64,000 nt of DNA, from positions 134,230,001 to 134,294,000 of the forward strand of contig OZ024744.1 in NCBI GenBank assembly GCA_964016885.1, read 5' to 3'. The DNA comes from Eledone cirrhosa (lineage: Eukaryota). The translations under genes were made by a program, and so were the position numbers. The notes below the pieces were generated by a model. It did not search any database and had not been told where the DNA came from. It saw only the letters and a list, made by a program, of their open reading frames with translations. This document shows positions 25,090 through 36,700 of this stretch, one piece after another. How positions within the stretch are numbered: position 1 is the stretch's first letter; every line of letters starts with the position of its first letter.

Positions 25090-28000
25090 TAAGTTGGGGT
25101 TAAGTTAAGTTGGGGTTAAGTTAAGTTGGGGTTAAGTTAAGTTGGTGTTAAGTTAAGTTGGGGCTAAGTTAAGTTGGGGCTGAGTTAAGTTGGGGCTGAG
25201 TTAAGTTAGGGTTAAGTTAAGTTGGGGTCAAGTTAAGTTGGGGTTAAGTTGGGGTTAAGTGAAGTTAGGTTTAAGTTAAGATGGGGTTAAGTTAAGTTGG
25301 GGTTAAGTTAAGTTGGGGTTAAGTTAAGTCGGGGTTAAGTTAAGTTGGGGTTAATTTAAGTTGGGGTTAAATTAAGTTGGGGTCAAGTTAAGTTGGGGTT
25401 AAGTTGGGGTTAAGTTAATTTGTGGTTAAGTTAAGTTGGGGTTAAGTTGGGGTTAAGTTAAGTTAGGTTTAAGTTAAGTTGGGGTTAAGTTAAGTTGGGG
25501 TTAAGTTAATTTGTGGTTAAGTTAAGTTGGGGTTAAGTTGGGGTTAAGTTAAGTTAGGTTTAAGTTAAGTTGGGGTCAAGTTAAGTTGGGGTTAAGTTAA
25601 GTTAGGTTTAAGTTAAGTTGGGGTTAAGTTAAGTTGGGGTTAAGTTAAGTTGGGGTTAAGTTAAGTTGGGGTTAAGTTAATTTGTGGTTAAGTTAAGTTG
25701 GGGTTAAGTTAAGTTGGGGTTAAGTTAAGTTGGGGTTAAGTTAAGTCGGGGTTAAGTTAAGTTGGGGTTAAGTTAAGTTGGGGTTAATTTAAGTTGGGGT
25801 TAAGTTAAGTTGGGGTTAAGTTAAGTTGGGGTTAAATTAAGTTGGGGTTAAGTTAAGTTGGGGTTAAGTCAAGTTGGGGTTAAGTTAAGTTGGGGATAAG
25901 TTAAGTTGGGGATAATTTAAGTTGGGGTTAAGTTAAGTTGGGTTTAAGTTAAGTTGGGGTTAAGTTAAGTTGGGGTTAAGTTAAGTTGGGGTTAAGTTAA
26001 GTTGGGGTTAAGTTAAGTCGGGGTTAAGTTAAGTTGGGGTTAAGTTAAGTTGGGGTTAAGTTAAGTCGGGGTTAAGTTAAGTTGGGGTTAAGTTAAGTTG
26101 GGGTTAATTTAAGTTGGGGTTAAGTTAAGTTGGGGTTAAGTTAAGATGGGGTTAATTTAAGTTGGGGTTAAGTTAAGTTGAGGTTAAGTTAAGTTGGGGT
26201 TAAATTAAGTTGGGGTTAAGTTAAGTTGGGGTTAAGTCAAGTTGGGGTTAAGTTAAGTTGGGGATAAGCTAAGTTGGGGATAATTTAAGTTGGGTTTAAG
26301 TTAAGTTGGGGTTAAGTTAAGTTGGGGTTAAGTTAAGTTGGGGTTAATTTAAGTTGGGGCTAAGTTAAGTTGGGACTGAGTTAAGTTGGGGTTAAGTTAA
26401 GTTGGGGTTAAGTTAAGTTGGGGTTAAGTTAAGTTGGAGTTTATTTAAGTTGGGGTTAAGTTAAGTTGGGGTTCAGTTAAGTTGGGGTTAAGTTAAGTTG
26501 GGGTTAAGATGGGGTTAAATTAAGTTGGGGTTAAGTTAAGTTGGGGTTAATTTAAGTTGGGGTTAAGTTAAGTTGGGGTTAAGTTAAGTCGGGGTTAAGT
26601 TAAGTCGGGGTTAAGTTAAGTTAGGGTTCAGTTAAGTTGGGGTTAAGTTAAGTTGGGGTTGAGTTAAGTTGGGGTTGAGTTAAATTGGGGTTGAGTTAAG
26701 TTGGGGTTGAGTTAAGTTGGTGTTGAGTTAAGTTGGGGTTAAGTTAAGTTGGGGTTAAGTTAATTTGTGGTTAAGTTAAGTTGGGGTTAAGTTAAGTTGG
26801 GGTTAAGTTAAGTTGGGGGTAAGTTAAGTCGGGGTTAAGTTAAGTTGGGGTTGAGTTAAGTTGGGGTTAATTTAAGTTGGGGTTAAGTTAAGTTGGGGTT
26901 AAGTTAAGTTGGGGTTAAGTTAAGTTGGGGTTAAGTTAAGTTGAGGTTAAGTTAAGTTGGGGTTAAATTAAGTTGGGGTTAAGTTAAGTTGGAGTTAAGT
27001 TAAGTTGGGGTTAAGTTAAGTTGGGGATAAGTTAAGTTGGGGATAATTTAAGTTGGGGTTAAGTTAAGTTGGGTTTAAGTTAAGTTGGGGTTAAGTTAAG
27101 TTGGGGATAAGTTAAGTTGGGGTTAAGTTAAGTTGGGGTTAAGTTAAGTTGGGGTTAAGTTAAGTTGGGGCTAAGTTAAGTTGGGGCTGAGTTAAGTTGG
27201 TGTTAAGTTAAGTTGGGGTTAAGTTAAGTTGGGGTTAATTTAAGTTGGGGTTTATTTAAGTTGGGGTTACGTTAAGTTGGTGTTAAGTTAAGTTGGGGTT
27301 AATTTAAGTTGGGGTTAATTAAGTTGGGGTTAAGTTAAGTTGGGGTTAAGTTAAGTTGGGGTTAAGTTAAGTTGGGGTTAAGTTAAGTTGGGGTTAATTT
27401 AAGTTGGGGTTAAGTTAAGTTGGGGTTAAGTTAAGTTGAGGTTAAGTTAAGTTGGGGATAAGTTAAGTTGGGGTTAAGTTAAGTTGGGGTTGAGTTAAGT
27501 TGGGGTTAAGTTAAGTTGGGGCTAAGTTAAGTTGGGGATAAGTTAAGTTGGGGTTAAGTTAAGTTGAGGTTAATTTAAGTTGGGGTTAAATTAAGTTGGG
27601 GTTAAGTTAAGTTGGGGTTAAGTTAAGTTGGGGTTACGTTAAGTTGGGGATAAGTTAAGTTGGGGATAATTTAAGTTGGGGTTAAGTTAAGTTGGGTTTA
27701 AGTTAAGTTAGGGTTAAGTTAAGTTGGGGATAAGTTAAGTTGGGGTTAAGTTAAGTTGGGGTTAAGTTAAGTTGGGGTTAAGTTAAGTTGGGGGTAAGTT
27801 AAGTCGGGGTTAAGTTAAGTTGGGGTTGAGTTAAGTTGGGGTTAATTTAAGTTGGGGTTAAGTTAAGTTGGGGTTAAGTTAAGTTGGGGTTAAGTTAGGT
27901 TGGGGTTAAGTTAAGTTGAGGTTAAGTTAAGTTGGGGTTAAATTAAGTTGGGGTTAAGTTAAGTTGGAGTTAAGTTAAGTTGGGGTTAAGTTAAGTTGGG

Positions 28001-31000
28001 GATAAGTTAAGTTGGGGATAATTTAAGTTGGGGTTAAGTTAAGTTGGGTTTAAGTTAAGTTGGGGTTAAGTTAAGTTGGGGATAAGTTAAGTTGGGGTTA
28101 AGTTAAGTTGGGGTTAAGTTAAGTTGGGGTTAAGTTAAGTTGGGGCTAAGTTAAGTTGGGGCTGAGTTAAGTTGGGGTTAAGTTAAGTTGGGGTTAAGTT
28201 AAGTTGGGGTTAATTTAAGTTGGGGTTTATTTAAGTTGGGGTTACGTTAAGTTGGTGTTAAGTTAAGTTGGGGTTAATTTAAGTTGGGGTTAATTAAGTT
28301 GGGGTTAAGTTAAGTTGGGGTTAAGTTAAGTTGGGGTTAAGTTAAGTTGGGGTTAAGTTAAGTTGGGGTTAATTTAAGTTGGGGTTAAGTTAAGTTGGGG
28401 TTAAGTTAAGTTGAGGTTAAGTTAAGTTGGGGTTAAATTAAGTTGGGGTTAAGTTAAGTTGGGGTTAAGTTAAGTTGGGGTTAAGTTAAGTTGGGGATAA
28501 GTTAAGTTGGGGATAATTTAAGTTGGGGTTAAGTTAAGTTGGGGTTAAATTAAGTTGGGGTTAAGTTAAGTTGGGGTTAAGTTAAGTTGGGGTTAAGTTA
28601 AGTTTGGGATAAGTTAAGTTGGGGATAATTTAAGTTGGGGTTAAGTTAAGTTGGGTTTAAGTTAAGTTGGGGTTAAGTTAAGTTGGGGATAAGTTAAGTT
28701 GGGGTTAAGTTAAGTTGGGGTTAAGTTAAGTTGGGGTTAAGTTAAGTTGGGGCTAAGTTAAGTTGGGGATAAGTTAAGTTGGGGTTAAGTTAAGTTGAGG
28801 TTAAGTTAAGTTGGGGTTAAATTAAGTTGGGGTTAAGTTAAGTTGGGGTTAAGTTAAGTTGGGGTTACGTTAAGTTGGGGATAAGTTAAGTTGGGGATAA
28901 TTTAAGTTGGGGTTAAGTTAAGTTGGGTTTAAGTTAAGTTGGGGTTAAGTTAAGTTGGGGATAAGTTAAGTTGGGGTTAAGTTAAGTTGGGGTTAAGTTA
29001 AGTTGGGTTTAAGTTAAGTTGGGGCTAAGTTAAGTTGGGGCTGAGTTAAGTTGGGGTTAAGTTAAGTTGGGGTTAAGTTAAGTTGGGGTTAATTTAAGTT
29101 GGGGTTTATTTAAGTTGGGGTTACGTTAAGTTGGTGTTAAGTTAAGTTGGGGTTAATTTAAGTTGGGGTTAATTAAGTTGGGGTTAAGTTAAGTTGGGGT
29201 TAAGTTAAGTTGGGGTTAATTTAAGTTGGGGTTGAGTTAAGTTGGGGTTAAGTTAAGTTGGGGTTATATTAAGTTGGGGTTAAGTTACGTTGGGGTTTAG
29301 TTAAGTTGGGTATAAGTTAAGTTGGGGTTAAGTTAATTTGGGGTTAAGTTAAGTTGGGGTTAAGTTAAGTTGGGGTTAAGTTAAGTTGGGGTTAAGTTAA
29401 GTTGGTGTTAAGTTAAGTTGGGGCTAAGTTAAGTTGGGGCTGAGTTAAGTTGGGGCTGAGTTAAGTTGGGGTTAAGTTAAGTTGGGGTCAAGTTAAGTTG
29501 GGGTTAAGTTGGGGTTAAGTTAAGTTAGGTTTAAGTTAAGATGGGGTTAAGTTAAGTTGGGGTTAAGTTAAGTTGGGGTTAAGTTAAGTCGGGGTTAAGT
29601 TAAGTTGGGGTTAAGTTAAGTTGGGGTTAATTTAAGTTGGGGTTAAGTTAAGTTGGGGTCAAGTTAAGTTGGGGTTAAGTTGGGGTTAAGTTAATTTGTG
29701 GTTAAGTTAAGTTGGGGTTAAGTTAAGTTGGGGTTAAGTTAAGTTGGGGTTAAGTTAAGTCGGGGTTAAGTTAAGTTGGGGTTAAGTTAAGTTGGGGTTA
29801 ATTTAAGTTGGGGTTAAGTTAAGTTGGGGTCAAGTTAAGTTGGGGTTAAGTTGGGGTTAAGTTAAGTTAGGTTTAAGTTAAGTTGGGGTTAAGTTAAGTT
29901 GGGGTTAAGTTAAGTTGGGGTTAAGTTAAGTTGGGGTTAAGTTAATTTGTGGTTAAGTTAAGTTGGGGTTAAGTTAAGTTGGTGTTAAGTTAAGTTGGGG
30001 CTAAGTTAAGTTGGGGCTGAGTTAAGTTGGGGCTGAGTTAAGTTGGGGTTAAGTTAAGTTGGGGTCAAGTTAAGTTGGGGTTAAGTTGGGGTTAAGTTAA
30101 GTTAGGTTTAAGTTAAGATGGGGTTATGTTAAGTTGGGGTTAAGTTAAGTTGGGGTTAAGTTAAGTCGGGGTTAAGTTAAGTTGGGGTTAAGTTAAGTTG
30201 GGGTTAATTTAAGTTGGGGTTAAGTTAAGTTGGGGTCAAGTTAAGTTGGGGTTAAGTTGGGGTTAAGTTAATTTGTGGTTAAGTTAAGTTGGGGTTAAGT
30301 TAAGTCGGGGTTAAGTTAAGTTGGGGTTAAGTTAAGTTGGGGTTAATTTAAGTTGGGGTTAAGTTAAGTTGGGGTCAAGTTAAGTTGGGGTTAAGTTGGG
30401 GTTAAGTTAAGTTAGGTTTAAGTTAAGTTGGGGTTAAGTTAACTTGGGGTTAAGTTAAGTTGGGGTTAAGTTAAGTTGGGGTTAAGTTAATTTGTGGTTA
30501 AGTTAAGTTGGGGTTAAGTTAAGTTGGTGTTAAGTTAAGTTGGGGCTAAGTTAAGTTGGGGCTGAGTTAAGTTGGGGCTGAGTTAAGTTGGGGTTAAGTT
30601 AAGTTGGGGTCAAGTTAAGTTGGGGTTAAGTTGGGGTTAAGTTAAGTTAGGTTTAAGTTAAGATGGGGTTATGTTAAGTTGGGGTTAAGTTAAGTTGGGG
30701 TTAAGTTAAGTCGGGGTTAAGTTAAGTTGGGGTTAAGTTAAGTTGGGGTTAATTTAAGTTGGGGTTAAGTTAAGTTGGGGTCAAGTTAAGTTGGGGTTAA
30801 GTTGGGGTTAAGTTAATTTGTGGTTAAGTTAAGTTGGGGTTAAGTTAAGTTGGGGTTAAGTTAAGTCGGGGTTAAGTTAAGTTGGGGTTAAGTTAAGTTG
30901 GGGTTAAGTTAAGTCGGGGTTAAGTTAAGTTGGGGTTAAGTTAAGTTGGGGTTAATTTAAGTTGGGGTTAAGTTAAGTTGGGGTTAAGTTAAGTTGGGGT

Positions 31001-33728
31001 TAAGTTAAGATGGGGTTAATTTAAGTTGGGGTTAAGTTAAGTTGAGGTTAAGTTAAGTTGGGGTTAAATTAAGTTGGGGTTAAGGTAAGTTGGGGTTAAG
31101 TCAAGTTGGGGTTAAGTTAAGTTGGGGATAAGTTAAGTTGGGGATAATTTAAGTTGGGTTTAAGTTAAGTTGTGGTTAAGTTAAGTTGGGGTTAAGTTAA
31201 GTTGGGATTAAGTTAAGTTGGGGTTAATTTAAGTTGGGGCTAAGTTAAGTTGGGACTGAGTTAAGTTGGGGTTAAGTTAAGTTGGGGTTAAGTTAAGTTG
31301 GGGTTAAGTTAAGTTGGAGTTTATTTAAGTTGGGGTTAAGTTAAGTTGGGGTTCAGTTAAGTTGGGGTTAAGATGGGGTTAAATTAAGTTGGGGTTAAGT
31401 TAAGTTGGGGTTAATTTAAGTTGGGGTTAAGTTAAGTTGGGGTTAAGTTAAGTCGTGGTTAAGTTAAGTCTGGGTTAAGTTAAGTTAGGGTTCAGTTAAG
31501 TTGTGGTTAAGTTAAGTTGGGGTTGAGTTAAGTTGGGGTTGAGTTAAATTGGGGTTGAGTTAAGTTGGGGTTGAGTTAAGTTGGTGTTGAGTTAAGTTGG
31601 GGTTAAGTTAAGTTGGGGTTACGTTAATTTGTGGTTAAGTTAAGTTGGGGTTAAGTTAAGTTGGGGTTAAGTTAAGTTGGGGTTAAGTTAAGTCGGGGTT
31701 AAGTTAAGTTGGGGTTGAGTTAAGTTGGGGTTAATTTAAGTTGGGGTTAAGTTAAGTTGGGGTTAAGTTAAGTTGGGGTTAAGTTAAGTTGGGGTTAAGT
31801 TAAGTTGGGGTTAAGTTAAGTTGAGGTTAAGTTAAGTTGGGGTTAAATTAAGTTGGGGTTAAGTTAAGTTGGGGTTAAGTTAAGTTGGGGATAAGTTAAG
31901 TTGGGGATAATTTAAGTTGGGGTTAAGTTAAGTTGGGTTTAAGTTAAGTTGGGGTTAAGTTAAGTTCGGGATAAGTTAAGTTGGGGTTAAGTTAAGTTGG
32001 GGTTAAGTTAAGTTGGGGTTAAGTTAAGTTGGGGCTAAGTTAAGTTGGGGCTGAGTTAAGTTGGGGTTAAGTTAAGTTGGGGTTAAGTTAAGTTGGGGTT
32101 AATTTAAGTTGGGGTTTATTTAAGTTGGGGTTACGTTAAGTTGGTGTTAAGTTAAGTTGGGGTTAATTTAAGTTGGGGTTAATTAAGTTGGGGTTAAGTT
32201 AAGTTGGGGTTAAGTTAAGTTGGGGTTAATTTAAGTTGGGGTTGAGTTAAGTTGGGGTTAAGTTAAGTTGGGGTTATATTAAGTTGGGGTTAAGTTAAGT
32301 TGGGGTTCAGTTAAGTTGGGTATAAGTTAAGTTGGGGTTAAGTTAAGTTGGGGTTAAGTTAAGTTGGGGTTAAGTTAAGTTGGTGTTAAGTTAAGTTGGG
32401 GCTAAGTTAAGTTGGGGCTGATTTAAGTTGGGGCTGAGTTAAGTTGGGGTTAAGTTAAGTTGGGGTCAAGTTAAGTTGGGGTTAAGTTGGGGTTAAGTTA
32501 AGTTAGGTTTAAGTTAAGATGGGGTTAAGTTAAGTTGGGGTTAAGTTAAGTTGGGGTTAAGTTAATTTGTGGTTAAGTTAAGTTGGGGTTAAGTTAAGTT
32601 GGGGTTAAGTTAAGTTGGGGTTAAGTTAAGTCGGGGTTAAGTTAAGTTGGGGTTAAGTTAAGTTGGGGTTAATTTAAGTTGGGGTTAAGTTAAGTTGGGG
32701 TCAAGTTAAGTTGGGGTTAAGTTGGGGTTAAGTTAAGTTAGGTTTAAGTTAAGTTGGGGTTAAGTTAAGTTTGGGTTAAGTTAAGTTTGGGTTAAGTTAA
32801 GTTGGGGTTAAGTTAAGTTGGGGTTAAGTTAATTTGTGGTTAAGTTAAGTTGGGGTTAAGTTAAGTTGGGGTTAAGTTAAGTTGGGGTTAAGTTAAATCG
32901 GGGTTAAGTTAAGTTGGGGTTAAGTTAAGTTGGGGTTAATTTAAGTTGGGGTTAAGTTAAGTTGGGGTTAAGTTAAGTTGGGGTTAAATTAAGTTGGGGT
33001 TAAGTTAAGTTGGGGTTAAGTCAAGTTGGGGTTAAGTTAAGTTGGGGATAAGTTAAGTTGGGGATAATTTAAGTTGGGGTTAAGTTAAGTTGGGTTTAAG
33101 TTAAGTTGGGGTTAAGTTAAGTTGGGGTTAAGTTAAGTTGGGGTTAAGTTAAGTTGGGGTTAAGTTAAGTTGGGGTTAAGTTAAGTTGTGGCTAAGTTAA
33201 GTTGGGGCTGAGTTAAGTTGGGGTTAAGTTAAGTTGGGCTTAATTTAAGTTGGGGTTAAGTTAAGTTAGGGTTCAGTTAAGTTGGGGTTAAGTTAAGTTG
33301 GGGTTAAGTTAAGTTGGGGTTAAGTTAAGTCGGGGTTAAGTTAAGTTGGGGTTAAGTTAAGTTGGGGTTAAGTTAAGTCGGGGTTAAGTTAAGTTGGGGT
33401 TAAGTTAAGTTGGGGTTAATTTAAGTTGGGGTTAAGTTAAGTTGGGGTTAAGTTAAGTTGGGGTTAAGTTAAGATGGGGTTAATTTAAGTTGGGGTTAAG
33501 TTAAGTTGAGGTTAAGTTAAGTTGGGGTTAAATTAAGTTGGGGTTAAGTTAAGTTGGGGTTAAGTCAAGTTGGGGTTAAGTTAAGTTGGGGATAAGTTAA
33601 GTTGGGGATAATTTAAGTTGTGTTTAAGTTAAGTTGGGGTTAAGTTGAGTTGGGGTTAAGTTAAGTTGGGGTTAAGTTAAGTTGGGGTTAATTTAAGTTG
33701 GGGCTAAGTTAAGTTGGGACTGAGTTAA
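25090..33728 (+). repeat. Near-identical duplicate of ~15740-24378 (offset 9,350)
   Basis: Markers at exact offset 9,350: 15911/25261, 18541/27891, 21091/30441, 21731/31081, 23541/32891, 24271/33621. Confidence 0.92.
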
Positions 33729-36700
33729 GTTGGGGTTAAGTTAAGTTGGGGTTAAGTTAAGTTGGAGTTTATTTAAGTTGGGGTTAAGTTAAGTTGGGGT
33801 TCAGTTAAGTTGGGGTTAAGTTAAGTTGGGGTTAAGATGGGGTTAAATTAAGTTGGGGTTAAGTTAAGTTGGGGTTAAGTTAAGTTGGGGTTAAGTTAAG
33901 TCGGGGTTAAGTTAAGTCGGGGTTAAGTTAAGTTAGGGTTCAGTTAAGTTGGGGTTAAGTTAAGTTGGGGTTGAGTTAAGTTGGGGTTGAGTTAAATTGG
34001 GGTTGAGTTAAGTTGGGGTTGAGTTAAGTTGGTGTTGAGTTAAGTTGGGGTTAAGTTAAGTTGGGGTTAAGTTAATTTGTGGTTAAGTTAAGTTGGGGTT
34101 AAGTTAAGTTGGGGTTAAGTTAAGTTGGGGTTAAGTTAAGTCGGGGTTAAGTTAAGTTGGGGTTGAGTTAAGTTGGGGTTAATTTAAGTTGGGGTTAAGT
34201 TAAGTTGGGGTTAAGTTAAGTTGGGGTTAAGTTAAGTTGGGGTTAAGTTAAGTTGGGGTTAAGTTAAGTTGAGGTTAAGTTAAGTTGGGGTTAAATTAAG
34301 TTGGGGATAAGTTAAGTTGGGGATAATTTAAGTTGGGGTTAAGTTAAGTTGGGTTTAAGTTAAGTTGGGGTTAAGTTAAGTTGGGGATAAGTTAAGTTGG
34401 GGTTAAGTTAAGTTGGGTTTAAGTTAAGTTGGGGTTAAGTTAAGTTGGGGCTAGGTTAAGTTGGGGCTGAGTTAAGTTGGGGTTAAGTTAAGTTGGGGTT
34501 AAGTTAAGTTGGGGTTAATTTAAGTTGGGGTTTATTTAAGTTGGGGTTACGTTAAGTTGGTGTTAAGTTAAGTTGGGGTTAATTTAAGTTGGGGTTAATT
34601 AAGTTGGGGTTAAGTTAAGTTGGGGTTAAGTTAAGTTGGGGTTAAGTTAAGTTGGGGTTCAGTTAAGTTGGGTATAAGTTAAGTTGGGTATAAGTTAAGT
34701 TGGGGTTAAGTTAAGTTGGGGTTAAGTTAAGTTGGTGTTAAGTTAAGTTGGGGCTAAGTTAAGTTGGGGCTGAGTTAAGTTGGGGCTGAGTTAAGTTGGG
34801 GTTAAGTTAAGTTGGGGTCAAGTTAAGTTGGGGTTAAGTTGGGGTTAAGTTAAGTTAGGTTTAAGTTAAGATGGGGTTAAGTTAAGTTGGGGTTAAGTTA
34901 AGTTGGGGTTAAGTTAATTTGTGGTTAATTTAAGTTGGGGTTAAGTTAAGTTGGGGTTAAGTTAAGTTGGGGTTAAGTTAAGTCGGGGTTAAGTTAAGTT
35001 GGGGTTAAGTTAAGTTGGGGTTAATTTAAGTTGGGGTTAAGTTAAGTTGGGGTCAAGTTAAGTTGGGGTTAAGTTGGGGTTAAGTTAAGTTAGGTTTAAG
35101 TTAAGTTGGGGTTAAGTTAAGTTGGGGTTAAGTTAAGTTGGGGTTAAGTTAAGTTGGGGTTAAGTTAAGTTGGGGTTAAGTTAATTTGTGGTTAAGTTAA
35201 GTTGGGGTTAAGTTAAGTTGGGGTTAAGTTAAGTTGGGGTTAAGTTAAGTCGGGGTTAAGTTAAGTTGGGGTTAAGTTAAGTTGGGGTTAATTTAAGTTG
35301 GGGTTAAGTTAAGTTGGGGTTAAGTTAAGTTGGGGTTAAATTAAGTTGGGGTTAAGTTAAGTTGGGGTTAAGTCAAGTTGGGGTTAAGTTAAGTTGGGGA
35401 TAAGTTAAGTTGGGGATAATTTAAGTTGGGGTTAAGTTAAGTTGGGTTTAAGTTAAGTTGGGGTTAAGTTAAGTTGGGGTTAAGTTAAGTTGGGGTTAAG
35501 TTAAGTTGGGGTTAAGTTAAGTTGTGGCTAAGTTAAGTTGGGGCTGAGTTAAGTTGGGGTTAAGTTAAGTTGGGCTTAATTTAAGTCGGGGTTAAGTTAA
35601 GTTAGGGTTCAGTTAAGTTGGGGTTAAGTTAAGTTGGGGTTAAGTTAAGTTGGGGTTAAGTTAAGTCGGGGTTAAGTTAAGTTGGGGTTAAGTTAAGTTG
35701 GGGTTAAGTTAAGTCGGGGTTAAGTTAAGTTGGGGTTAAGTTAAGTTGGGGTTAATTTAAGTTGGGGTTAAGTTAAGTTGGGGTTAAGTTAAGTTGGGGT
35801 TAAGTTAAGATGGGGTTAATTTAAGTTGGGGTTAAGTTAAGTTGAGGTTAAGTTATGTTGGAGTTAAATTAAGTTGGGGTTAAGTTAAGTTGGGGTTAAG
35901 TCAAGTTGGGGTTAAGTTAAGTTGGGGATAAGTTAAGTTGGGGATAATTTAAGTTGGGTTTAAGTTAAGTTGGGGTTAAGTTGAGTTGGGGTTAAGTTAA
36001 GTTGGGGTTAAGTTAAGTTGGGGTTAATTTAAGTTGGGGCTAAGTTAAGTTGGGACTGAGTTAAGTTGGGGTTAAGTTAAGTTGGGGTTAAGTTAAGTTG
36101 GGGTTAAGTTAAGTTGGAGTTTATTTAAGTTGGGGTTAAGTTAAGTTGGGGTTCAGTTAAGTTGGGGTTAAGTTAAGTTGGGGTTAAGATGGGGTTAAAT
36201 TAAGTTGGGGTTAAGTTAAGTTGGGGTTAAGTTAAGTTGGGGTTAATTTAAGTTGGGGCTAAGTTAAGTTGGGACTGAGTTAAGTTGGGGTTAAGTTAAG
36301 TTGGGGTTAAGTTAAGTTGGAGTTTATTTAAGTTGGGGTTAAGTTAAGTTGGGGTTCAGTTAAGTTGGGGTTAAGTTAAGTTGGGGTTAAGATGGGGTTA
36401 AATTAAGTTGGGGTTAAGTTAAGTTGGGGTTAAGTTAAGTTGGGGTTAAGTTAAGTCGGGGTTAAGTTAAGTCGGGGTTAAGTTAAGTTAGGGTTCAGTT
36501 AAGTTGGGGTTAAGTTAAGTTGGGGTTGAGTTAAGTTGGGGTTGAGTTAAATTGGGGTTGAGTTAAGTTGGGGTTGAGTTAAGTTGGTGTTGAGTTAAGT
36601 TGGGGTTAAGTTAAGTTGGGGTTAAGTTAATTTGTGGTTAAGTTAAGTTGGGGTTAAGTTAAGTTGGGGTTAAGTTAAGTTGGGGTTAAGTTAAGTCGGG

